Origin: Octopus vulgaris
Lineage: Eukaryota
DNA: 64,000 nucleotides
Direction of reading: 5' to 3'
NCBI GenBank assembly: GCA_951406725.2
Contig: OX597814.1
Location: forward strand, 36,642,001-36,706,000
Shown here: positions 51,476 to 64,000 of the stretch, piece after piece
Layout of the letters: each line of letters starts with the position of its first letter
How positions within the stretch are numbered: position 1 is the stretch's first letter
The notes under the pieces: model-generated
What the model was told of the DNA's origin: nothing
The model's input: only the letters and a program-made list of their open reading frames with translations
Databases searched by the model: none
Made by a program: the position numbers and the translations under genes

Positions 51476-54041
51476 TCGCATACACACACATATGTATGTA
51501 TATATCTAAGCGTGTGTATGTGTGCAAGTGACAATTTCACATGTTTCCACGTATATTACTTTTATATTGTAATGTTGCAGTGTGTATAATGTAAGAATTG
51601 CAATATGTGATTACTTCTCAATTTCCTTGAACAAGAACAGAATGTTAACAAAAATGTGTAGAAAAAACAATTAGTAAGTAATATGCTAAAGTATGACTGT
51701 GAGCAGATACAAATATCCCGATGCACGTGAACAGATAAAAATACCCGCTGACGCAATATATAAAAGAAAGTAATTTAGAATTTACTCTTACATATAAAAC
51801 AATTTTACATCCATACTTATTTCAATTGTAAAATTTCGAAAAATAAAAACGTAGTTCCACTGAATGCAGATCACATGTTATTAATGATGAGATTTTGAAC
51901 AAAAGGCAGTGCTTCAGCATGGTCGCAGTGAAATGACTGAAACAAATCAAAGAATGGTAAATTGAAACTCTCATGAGGGTTTTCGCCGAAGGCTTTGCTT
52001 TATTGGTTATCTCTTATGATTTTGAGCAGGCATGAGAATAGCTTTTTCCAGCAGAAGATAACATGTAATTAAATGTTCTGGAGTTTATTATTAGTAATTA
52101 CTCTTTCTGACATCCCACATCATTCATTATCAATTAACCCGACTTCATTATGTTATCTACACTTATATTACGAAACTAGGTGGAATAAAATTTCAAGTCA
52201 AAGCTGGTTACATTTCAACTCAAGTTTTAGAGTAAATACAAGATATTTAGTTCATCATAATGTTTAAATACGTAAATCCTAATTTTCTAAATATATTTAA
52301 CATTCAGTATCATGTTTCTCTATATGCCATGCACAATCTACTCTTGTTGTAAATAAATATATTAACAGAGCAATAAATAAAACTCTATGAAAACATTCCC
52401 GTTACAGAGATCTCATCCAAACCTCAGCTCCTTGAAATTATACTCTATCCCCATAGCGAATAATGACTCCTTATTTTTGATAACATACTCCATAGCGTAA
52501 CACTAAAACATAAAATGTTTACAGTTGGAAGGCTTTTGTAGTAAGATTTCATCAATGAGATGTGATCCAGCGCCAAACAGAAGTTTTATTTAGTCTAGTA
52601 TGTTACATGACTATGTCGTCATCGTTTTACACCAGTCAGTTGGAAATTTTTAATATATCTACGAATAATTGCCATACAACCTGAGCGTTGGATTGTATTC
52701 ATTCTCTCGCCGTAAGCCGTGATAATTTAAGGAATGCATTGGAATATTGTGCTCCCGTTTTCTTCTGTGGTACATTGGTCTATAACTTATTCAACTTTAG
52801 TCTATATCACTCCCTGTCAGTTACTCAAGTTTGAAACATTTTTGCCGAGCAAGAGGTCAATATGATAATAATAGTAGCAGTGTTTAGCAACAGAGAAAGC
52901 GTAACATACAACTGCAGTTTATTACCATGTAAAAGTAATTCATCTAGTTGCAAGTATAAGGGATGACGATACGATTTTAGCAAACAAAATACATGATATA
53001 TGTTTGATAGTAACTTGGAGAAAAAAGACATTTATGGTACTTATGCAGATGAGAAAGATATGTCATTCTCTCAATTATATATATTCTTTCTGTATTACGT
53101 CAGGTACTGTCACATACATAGTAAAGCACTACTCAGAATAATATTTTAAGTTTTGTTAAGTCTATTTCATTCTCTCTTGCAACCATTCGTGTTGCCAAAA
53201 ATTTGAATAACATGCCTAAATATTTCAAAGAAATCTTTAATATAATCATAAAAATAATATTGGATCAAAAACCAGAAAATCTTTTGAGGAATGATATTGT
53301 GAACTCAACTCATATACAAGCATAGTACATATTGATTTCAAAGAGATGAAAGGCAAAGTTGCCTCCGGCAAGATTTAAAGAAAAATCATACAGGTGCAGG
53401 ATTAAATACTTTAAAGCATTTATTCCAGAGCAGCACGGTTTCTCTACCCTTTATAAAAGTAAGTTTCAGTAGGAAGAATAACAAAAAAATATCTGTTTGG
53501 AGGTGAAAGAGCCAAGAGGGAACATATATAACTAGCAGCTGATAAATGTGAAGTTGAAAGCTACTCAAGGTATATCACTGGATATTTCAGCTTTACATTT
53601 CATTCTACCAGCTACAAGCCATATAGTTATTGGAAATAGTTGCGATATCATACGAGAATATCGGATGAAATAGACGGAAATATCATAAAACAGACATTTA
53701 TATTTTATCTGTATATAACATAAACCTGGTGCTTTTGAGATACTAGAATAATATTTTTTTCGAAATAAAATATACGCCGCTTTCAAGTAATGAAATGCAA
53801 ACTTGAAGCTAAATGCAATTATGTTTTCTTTTCTTCTTAATATAAATGTACATTTCTTGTAGAAGATTATTTTGCCAAGCAACATTGTACTCATTCACCT
53901 TTTCACAATTTAATTGAACCCTTTCTTACTTTAGTTGCAATAGAAATAATTATACAAAAAATCAATGAAATAGGAAATAAAAATATACAAAATACTTTTG
54001 ACCTTTAGCTATATTGTCTTACATACACACATACATATATA

Positions 54042-54089
<48 letters not shown>

Positions 54090-55255
54090 CACACATATAT
54101 ATATCTTTATATAAACACATATATATGTATATATGCACATATATATACTTAAGCAGTAATATATAGAAGAATATTTAGGCAAAAAACGGCCTGATATACA
54201 GTAGGTTGAGCGGATAATTACTAAGTCGTCAAAAATTACTCAGTACAAAATTTAAACTTTTAATATTATACAAGTGTTTGAGTGCGTATATTTGTATGCA
54301 TGCATGCAACATTGGGAAGTATTTATGTATATACACATGTAAATACGTCAAACGTTATATACTTATCAATGCGCACGTACATTTACTTGCATAGACATAT
54401 GCATACGCATAGGATTGTTACGCATAGTCGATGAGGATTGTTGTTTTCTTGTAGTGTAGACCCTTTGTGATTGTGTATTGCAATCTCTCTTCTTTAGTTC
54501 AAGAATCACTGATACTTATATGAGTAAAAGTATTGTAACGCCAGAGCACAATAGCCATACAGACGGTCAGACGCTTCTGACTGTTCTGCTTAAGTTTTCC
54601 CTACCGTGTGTCTTTATAAGTGAGGGAATTATAGAAATAACAGTCTTTCTTTGTCACAACCATACGTGACACACCAGCCTCCGCAATGTGGATCATGAAT
54701 CCCTGAGATCTGAGAGTATACCGGCACAGTGACGCTGTAGCAAGGCATTTCTGGTGCATATCTCTGGAATATGACCTTCATGTTCAAAGAAATAACTCAT
54801 GGAGCAAGGGTGACGTAAGAGGATTGATTGGTCGTAACTCATTAGAGTCGCGGTAGAATTTTGGAAACTCATATTCCAGAGAGATGTTCCGAGACAAAGT
54901 AGGGCAACAGAAATCCCAGCTTTTTCTTGCATCATACAGTTTCCGTATCTCTGATATTTCTGCATCTCTGTTCGCTACTACTAAAAAATTATTCATCCTA
55001 TGCTTGGTTAATCCAGGATTTTTGGCAAAGCTCTTTGAATGCTACTAGAAATATGCTATCCAGCATAGCCTATTACTTGGTAGGTAATGAAAGGCGAAAC
55101 CAGCGCCTTCACTACGTGTCCCGATGATCCAGTCAGAATCCAATCAGGAAAATAACACCTTCCAAATGGATGACCGAGATAATAATTATTATATCAACGA
55201 CCGAGAATGTGCTTATACGTAAAGAAGCATTTTCAAAATAGGTGTATCTATATAA

Positions 55256-55335
<80 letters not shown>

Positions 55336-56385
55336 TATAAAATTAATAGAAGTAACAAAAGTGACAAAAGATGCTGACTAACACTACTTTTGCTAAAAAT
55401 AAAAGTTAAAACAGCTCAAAAGCCATAAAAACACTGAACTTCATGACTGACAAAGTCCCTAGCGTACGTATATGTATGAACGCATATTTATGTATATATA
55501 TATTCATGTATGTATGTATGTATGTATGTATGTATGTATGTGTGTATGTGTACATGTATGTGTGTTTATACGTGCACGTATCTATATGCGTATGTGTGTG
55601 TATATCTGCACAAGAAGAATCTTTTTATCTTTTAGTTAGTAAAGAAGGCAGTGCCAATAACCCTTTACAGAAATCTCGAATACTTTAGGGCAAGGGGAAA
55701 TATATCTCAAATCTTAACAACTGGATTGGAAGCTCAAAAATGCTGAAGAGACCCGACCCGAGGTACTTGTACAGCGAGTTAGTCCTTTACACCTTATTTT
55801 GTATTTTCTTGACTTATTTCGAAAGCCATGTGACTTGTGCACATGAAAGCATGGTGACTGTTATACGTATAATATATTCCGCTATACGGTGTAAAATATA
55901 GCACAATACAAACAAGTAATTAAACTCATTTTCCTCCTTTTATACCGTCTATTCACACCACAACTTCGACTAATATTACACGTTGATATGCCTGTACAAA
56001 CTGTTACGTATATATGCTTCATCACGAAGCTATATCTTTTTCAAACTTCTGATGATTGTAAAAGCTGCTTTGCTGTCTCCGAGATGAAACGACTTGCAAG
56101 TTCTAACTAAGCTTTGTAACGCATACACAAGCACATTCACACAAACGCGCATACATAAACACATACACACAAACAGACATACACAGATATGTATTCGTAT
56201 ACATGTATGTAGGTGTACACACACATACACACACAGGTACATATATGTATATATGCACGCATATATATTCATGTATGGACATAAACAGATTATATATATA
56301 TGTATACGTTTATGTACATTATATATATATGTATATATATATTTATATACAAAATATATGTATCTGTATGTATACGTTTATGTAC

Positions 56386-56449
<64 letters not shown>

Positions 56450-56579
56450 CATATATGTATGTGTATGTGTGTGTATACACACATACACACAGACATATAT
56501 ATAAATACATATATATGCATATATATATATACGTATGTATATATATATATACGTATATATATACGTATATATTTATACG

Positions 56580-56622
<43 letters not shown>

Positions 56623-56624
56623 GC

Positions 56625-56669
<45 letters not shown>

Positions 56670-57511
56670 GATATATACATGCGCATGTTACGACAGCATC
56701 AGTATTTCAGATAAAAAGCTTTTACTTTATATCTGTCGCCTTTCGCAAATATTCGTGTTTATCTCTCATGACGAACAAGAAATCCTAATAGACGGAATGA
56801 TGGTAGTCTTTTACAATGAGGAAGTATTACTACCCGTACTAGGAAAATATTTTCACTTCTCAAGTACACATTTCTGATTTATTTACACTCCTTAATATCA
56901 GTGAAGATGTTCACGTGAATCTAAAATATGACCAGTCTCGAAAGTGTTGCTTATAAAAGTACCATGAAACTTCCGAAGAACCTCTGAGACTTAATCGGCT
57001 CCGAAGGCAATAAAGAGGTAAATAAATACAACATGAGTCCTGTAGTTCTTGCAATAACTGAAACGAAGTAGAAATTTAGCAGTTTGTAAAGAGCAACCTG
57101 CTTCTTATTATGAAGATGACGGTAATATTAAGTATATATACTGCTTGATATCGTGTCTGACCAGGGTTTATAAAAGTAGGTTTTAGCCGATAGATATATT
57201 ATCTATTTGAATTTTGAGAGAACTCCCCTTCCTGGAACCAGAACCCCACCTTTCGCTCAGAGTTGTCTGAAACTTTGTCTTTGTTTAAACTCGTGCTTAC
57301 TACATGTCACTGTTGTAATACATTATATTATAGTGCACAAGATAAGACATTATTTAATAGCATAAACAGTTTTATACAAAGAACTTAACAAAAATGAAAA
57401 GTAGAACTATAAATATAACAATAGTAAAATATGAGGGAAAAATCAAAACACAGTTTAAATATAAGAAAAGAACCAAGATTTGAAGGCTTTATTTAGAATC
57501 CAGTGTTAAGC

Positions 57512-57682
57512 ATTTAGCACGCTGGGCAAAATGCTTTGTCATATTTAGTCTGTCTTTACGTTCCAGTTCAAATACCACTGATGTCGACTTTGCCTTTCAT
57601 CCTTCCGGAGTCGATAAATTAAGTACCAGTTGCGTACTGCAGTCGACCTAATCAACTGTCCCCCTCCCCCCAAATTTCGGGC
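57512..57682 (+). mobile_element. SINE family A (short-tail variant), followed by a family-B-like tail fragment 57733-57790
   Basis: gtcgactttgcctttcatcc core. Confidence 0.82.
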
Positions 57683-57876
57683 AGGCAGAAACGTCATCGA
57701 CTTGTATTAAAAATTTATATATTTATATAAAATGGCGGTGTCCCAGCATGGCCACAGCTCGTGAGCTGAAACTAGATGAAATAAAATAAAAATATTATAA
57801 ACTTGCATTGTTTTGGTTTTGAAAATATATACTTAAAACCTCTCCTTCTCCCTCACTCTTTCTCTCTCTCTCTCAC

Positions 57877-57907
<31 letters not shown>

Positions 57908-57930
57908 TGTGTGATATTCTTATATCCTTG

Positions 57931-57990
<60 letters not shown>

Positions 57991-58008
57991 TATACATTCA
58001 TGAATGTG

Positions 58009-58085
<77 letters not shown>

Positions 58086-58834
58086 GTATATATATGTATA
58101 CATATATGTTCTTTTTCTACTTCACATGTAATATGACGATCCATTGACAAACTGTTATCATCGTAATTTCTGAATATTAATTTAGTTATTACTCCCTTTA
58201 CATGTCTATCTGATTTGCAGAGATCATTATAACGTTTTGCTTATATATTCGTTAATATTACTTATGTTACACAATACATTCTGTCTGTATTTAGCTACCG
58301 TTTTATTTTCATCTTGTATTGTCTTTGTTATGCTACAATGTACGCTCATAAGATTTAGAATCTACAGAACGTACATGTTCCTATACTATTGCCTAAATCC
58401 CCGTTTTGATCGTGCAAGAATCAATTTTCTTTGATGTTCATCATGTATAAGACTATACTGTTTCTATTGATTTATTGTCTGCTAAAATCCGATCATCGTA
58501 GTTGTTTTGTATATAAGTTTCTCTTCATCATCAACATCACCATCATCATGAACATCATGATCATCGTCATCGCTCTCCCTCACTCTCTCTCTCTCTCCTT
58601 TCCTTCTCAGTCTACGATATTCTTTTTATCTCTTTCTCTTCATTCCACCACCTATTATGAGACTCACTTCATGATACTTTATTATTTGGTTAGTTTATTA
58701 CACACACACACACATACACAAACGCACACACATATGTATATACATATCTATATATTTATGTACATATAAATACATGTATACATATAAATATATGTATGTA
58801 TACATACACAAATATATATATACACGCACATATA

Positions 58835-59172
58835 AATGAATAACAGTATAGGTACATATGTCAATCCATTACGGCCGTTTCTAACGACTCCTTTAATCGA
58901 TTAATAAAAGCATGACATCGACATCATTGTACAGGAGTCGTTAATAGAAATTCTGTCACCTGAAATAGTAGCAGAATCACTGTATATGTTATTGCTCCGT
59001 GGATTTTAAACAATGTTAAATCATTTCGAATGTTCTTTATATTGAAGTTCATGAATTTATCTGACGAAAACGATTTCTTTACAAATGATGTAATGTTTTT
59101 CATTAATCAATTAAAGGACTCGTTAGAAACGGCCGTAATGCATTCATAGCCGTACCTCTACTGTTACTCATC
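58835..59172. mobile_element. MITE with ~100-bp terminal inverted repeats, flanked by TA
   Basis: 58835-58942 pairs with 59068-59172 (cattacggccgtttctaacgactcctttaat / attaaaggactcgttagaaacggccgtaatg). Confidence 0.85.
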
Positions 59173-59566
59173 TAAATTTCATTCACCTGTCTTTGAATCT
59201 GTTTGTCGTAAATGTTATGGATCGTATATTGTGTATATTGTACATGTCTCAATATAGCAAGTGCGGGTTTCTTCATTTAGCTGAGTCTAATTGTATAACA
59301 CAATGCAAGAATATCATTCGGCCGGTACTTATGTACCAAGTTTGATATCTACATAATATTGTTGTATGTGTATAGTATTCCGAGCCATTGAGATGCCTCA
59401 ATTTAAGTAACTAATTCAGCAGAATCTTTTATAGATATATTCGCAACGAATAAATGTACTCAAATATGTGCTTACTGAATCATACACAAACACACATGCA
59501 CACGAGCGAACATATATACAGACGTATATATATGTACGTATATATGATGTCTGTATGTGTGGTGTA

Positions 59567-59783
59567 CAGTAATCCCTTACCATATCGCAGTTCACCTATC
59601 GTGGTTTATTGTTTAAGCTTACGCCGTTCCTCCGCGGTGTTGTTTTGGAATTATAATAAAATATATACAAATTATAGAAATAATAAAAAAAATACACAGT
59701 ACAGCACTGTTTCTAATTCGCGGATTTTCACCTATTGCTGGGGGTTTGTGAACGTAACACCCGTGATAGTAGAGGTATAACTG
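59567..59783. mobile_element. Tigger/pogo-type MITE
   Basis: ta|cagtaatcccttaccatatcgc ... gtgatagtagaggtataactg|ta: CAGT-type TIRs with a TA duplication. Confidence 0.8.
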
Positions 59784-60350
59784 TATATACTAGCTGAAAT
59801 TTTTACAATAGAAGGTTATGTGAATTTTTGTTAATTCCATTTCAGACCATGCCTTCCCCGACAGATAAATCTCTTGCTTAGGACTGATTTGAACAATTTT
59901 TCGCAAAATTCTTCCTTGGGGTTTACTTTTTCCTTTTAAAATTATTTACATATCTGTTCGACCGTTTCACAAGACTTACATAATTAAAACTTATTAAATC
60001 TTCTGTTCTTACGATTTCGGTCATCGTAATACTTTGCTTTCGTTTCTTTAATAAGAATTTCTCTGCGTAATGATTTTGCTTTCATTTTTTAATAGACAGC
60101 TATCATACAGAAAATGCCAGCTTCCAAATCTTATTTTCTGAATAGGTAAAATTGATTAAGCTTTAAACGTCAGTAACATATTTCTGCAAATTTTCTGGAA
60201 CAAAAAAATAACAAGATCGGATTTAACATTAAAATTTATTTCAATATACCAAATTTGAAGATTTTGACTTAATTTTAAAATTTCAGAATATGTGACAGCA
60301 ACAAGGAAGACCCTACAAAAGTAGAGAGACACACACTTATAGGACGTCAC

Positions 60351-60398
<48 letters not shown>

Positions 60399-60899
60399 GT
60401 AATCCCGAGTTTAAAATGTATAATAGACATATGTATGTGTGTACGTAAGTTTATACATATGTGTGTATGTGTGTCTGTCTGTTGTGTGTGAGTGCTTAAT
60501 TCCGATAGACAGCTGAGAAGCCATCTGCAAACCACTCTCTCGATAAAGCTACGTATTCCTCACACTCAACTTTCTTTCCTTTCCTCGGCGATTTAAAGCT
60601 TAGTTATGTGTATGTGCATATGTGTGTTTGTGTATGTATGCGCGTATCTATGCATTTACACAGGTATGTATGCAACGTCGCGTGTATGTCCGTGAATGGC
60701 AGCTGTATTAACATTACCATTCCACTGTCACTCCATATTAGTCGCTTACACAACGCTGTTCTCCCCATCCCTGATATCAGCCACTCTCACTATGTCATCA
60801 CATTTTCCTCACATTAACACTCATTGTACCCTTCTCATTTTATCAGATAATAGGCCAAGCTCTTTAAGAGCTCATTATTGATTTTCATTGCAATCCAAT

Positions 60900-61050
60900 T
60901 GACCTATAATTGAACTGGATTTTAGTTTAACATGTATGCAAAGTTTGTTTAAGATTGGTTCACTGGTGTAGGCAGCAAGATGATAACAGAGATCGACTGA
61001 CACAAAAAGCCATTTAAGTATACGTCATTTTCCTGTATATATATATATGA
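60900..61050 (+). mobile_element. Possible Helitron/Helentron-derived non-autonomous element end
   Basis: gcaaagtttgtttaagattggttcactggtgtagg followed by a decayed (CAGA)n-like stretch, as seen in DINE/HINE-type elements. Confidence 0.3.
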
Positions 61051-61511
61051 TTAAAAAAGGATAAGGAATGTGAAGTGAGGGAATATACGTTTATGCTATT
61101 CGTTTACAGCTGTTTCATAACGTTGTTATTTACGTAATAATTATTTTGTCAACCTTTGAATGTGTATGTAATATACATGTAAATATGTATATATGCGTGA
61201 GCACATCCATATATAAAAGTGTGCTCAGAAGTAAAACTAACAAGCTAATATTCAGCACGATCCATGGTGATCCAAAACATCAAGTCTACAACACACACAC
61301 ACAAACACACACGTGTATGCTTATATGTATACTCATGTATATATATATGTACATATAGTTTTGGTATAATTGTATTTACGTTAAGGGCCGTTAAATTAGT
61401 AACCTACTTCGTTGCTTGTTTCTAGGGATTTGGACATTAGTAAGGATGTAACGGACCTTATCAAATCAACGCTCACACAAACACTCATGCATACACATAA
61501 CCACATACACA

Positions 61512-61588
<77 letters not shown>

Positions 61589-62120
61589 TATATGTATATA
61601 TATATAAATTTTCACAGGTTTCGGCCAGTATAGGCCCAGGCCATGTCTTACTTAATAGCACCTCATGGGGAAGTATTTTAGGGGTCATATTAAGGCTAAA
61701 AAGGAAATAATTCACCATCACTAAAAAGTCACCAAGAGTGCAGGGTGCACCATCATTGGTAGAAAGAAAAGTGAGAGACGCCTTAGCCACAGAAAGCGTA
61801 TGTTCCATATAAGTGACAGGGGAGACAACCCCCCCCCACTGCAAGTGAGCTGCATTAGATTAGCATGTAATTAATGCTTACTCCATTGCAGGTGGTGAAG
61901 CTGAAATCACACCTGTCAGTATTTGTAGATTTTACCATAGAAATCTGTGGCTGATTCCGCAAAATGATACAGCAGAAATTATAAAATAATTAAGGTGGCT
62001 AGATGCAATTTAAAACCCAAAAAAAATTAAATAATTCATCGTCACAAAACAGTGACCAAGGGTGAAGAGTGCACCGGCATTGCTAGAAATAAGAGTTATA
62101 AACTCCTTAGCCACAGGAAA

Positions 62121-62195
<75 letters not shown>

Positions 62196-62199
62196 GTAT

Positions 62200-62321
<122 letters not shown>

Positions 62322-64000
62322 GTCTATCGATCTATCTATCTGTCTATCCATATATATGTATGAAGTCAGTATTTGATCTATGTGAAATAGATAGTGTAGT
62401 GTTCAAATGCCTCTAGTGTCAAATCAGTCTAGTGAACATGGCCAATATTAGATCATGAGAATGATGAGGCAAATGTATTTGTTGTTCAATTTTGAATGCC
62501 TCTAGGTTCATAAAGAAAGCAAGTGCTGCCAGATTCTATTTTTAGGAATAATTGCAAAAAGCGATCAGTGTGAGATCTGAAGGAGAAGAGAAAATCAGGT
62601 TCTCAAGTAGAGAAAAGGCGGTAATTAATCCTGGCGTAGTTGGCAGATAGATGCCCAGTTTGCAGGAGCAGGTATTATGAGATTAGTGGTGGGATAGAAA
62701 GGGCAGAACGTATTATTTAGTATTTTGTGTTTTTTGGTAGGATTTTTTAATGATTCGTCTTTTTCTTCGGGTATCATAGTTTACAATATATGTATGTTTT
62801 TCACTTTTTACGTACCTACAAAGGGGAATCATTTGCTAATGTATTTCAGGTTTGCTCATTCTAAAGTAAGAGTGAGCAATTTGAAGCATTATTACACAAA
62901 TGCAAATGGTAAAAAGAAGTCAATATGCATTATACATGAAAGAATGTATGGCTTGTTAAATAACCTTATGTGCTGAGATATGTGAGCAAAACCCGTCCAT
63001 ATGGTATATTTTCAGTCCATAAAATCAGAATAGAGCTAGAAACTGTCCAAATAAATACTGCATACTATTCTTGAGAAGAAGAAAACTTGCACTGTTCCAG
63101 CCACAAATCTTTTTTTTTTCATATCTCTATGGTCCACTGGGAGGAAACATGCGTAAATTTGAAAAAAAAAAGAAAAGAAAAGAAGCAACTGTTTGGCATA
63201 GTGTGCTTAGATGAACCGAAGGGGAGAATGGATTATAATTTTCATTATTGATTCATAAGCTTAATTTCGATTGCTTGAGATAACAACGTATCCCTTAAGA
63301 GGAGGTGATTTGGCTAATGAGAACCGGTGATACTTATGAATCTTGTGAGGCTCTGGTTTGGATTGCATATTCGAGTTATATGTTTTACAGCATTTTGTAA
63401 AAGTCAGAATCTAACTTTTATGCAAAATTGAGCCATATAGCTGATTAAACATTGCTGTGGGACATATCTTTGTCACTTATATTATAAAATGTTTGGAACT
63501 TACCATGGTCTACATATGTATACTTTTCTAAGAGCATAGCAATTGTCACAAACACTAACATACGCTCAATTATTTTGCATAGAAAAAACATAATTTGCAA
63601 ATGTTAAGTTTTTATTTTATCACATGAATTTTTATTTTTTACAGTCGTGACTAGAATGTTTTGTTATGTTGAACCAATTATTTTTACAGTGGACTGCTTT
63701 TGGTACAACTAATCACTTATAATTTAGTAGGAAGGAAGTCTATATATTGTCGCTCGTATAAACAAGACTAACAAACTAAGATAGTCAGTAGTTGAAAAGT
63801 TTAATCGCAAGGACATCTATGTAGTCAGTTTACCACCACACAAATTCAACGGTAATGACATGTATATAAGTATGCTTGTCTATATACACATGCACACATA
63901 GTACATATGTAGGCATTTATCTATACATGCATATGTGTATGTAGGTAAATATTTATATATGTATATGTAGCTGTGTGCACTGATGCATACACTATACGCG

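Overview
AT-rich, repeat-dominated animal genomic DNA, most consistent with a coleoid cephalopod (Octopus-like). This is an inference from the tRNA-derived SINE families, the dense di/tri/tetranucleotide microsatellites and the RTE, R4/Dong and Penelope-like retroelements. I cannot support any intact host protein-coding gene, tRNA, rRNA or CRISPR array. Nearly all ORFs in the supplied track are microsatellite translations or transposon fragments. Recognisable coding remnants are R4/Dong-type RLE non-LTR retrotransposons, RTE LINE 3' ends (one with three tandem C2H2-type fingers), a Penelope GIY-YIG endonuclease and two Tc1/mariner transposases. The most notable pattern is that each retroelement type sits in its own microsatellite. 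At least five Dong-like pieces are stacked co-directionally in a (TAA)n tract (16.7-20.0 kb, mirrored at 47-48 kb), and RTE pieces sit in (CATA)n. Several insertions carry fold-back inverted duplications that would form dsRNA. A speculative chain of symmetric phase-1 micro-exons (49.0-50.7 kb) is the only host-gene candidate and needs transcript evidence. Repeat boundaries are by-eye estimates.
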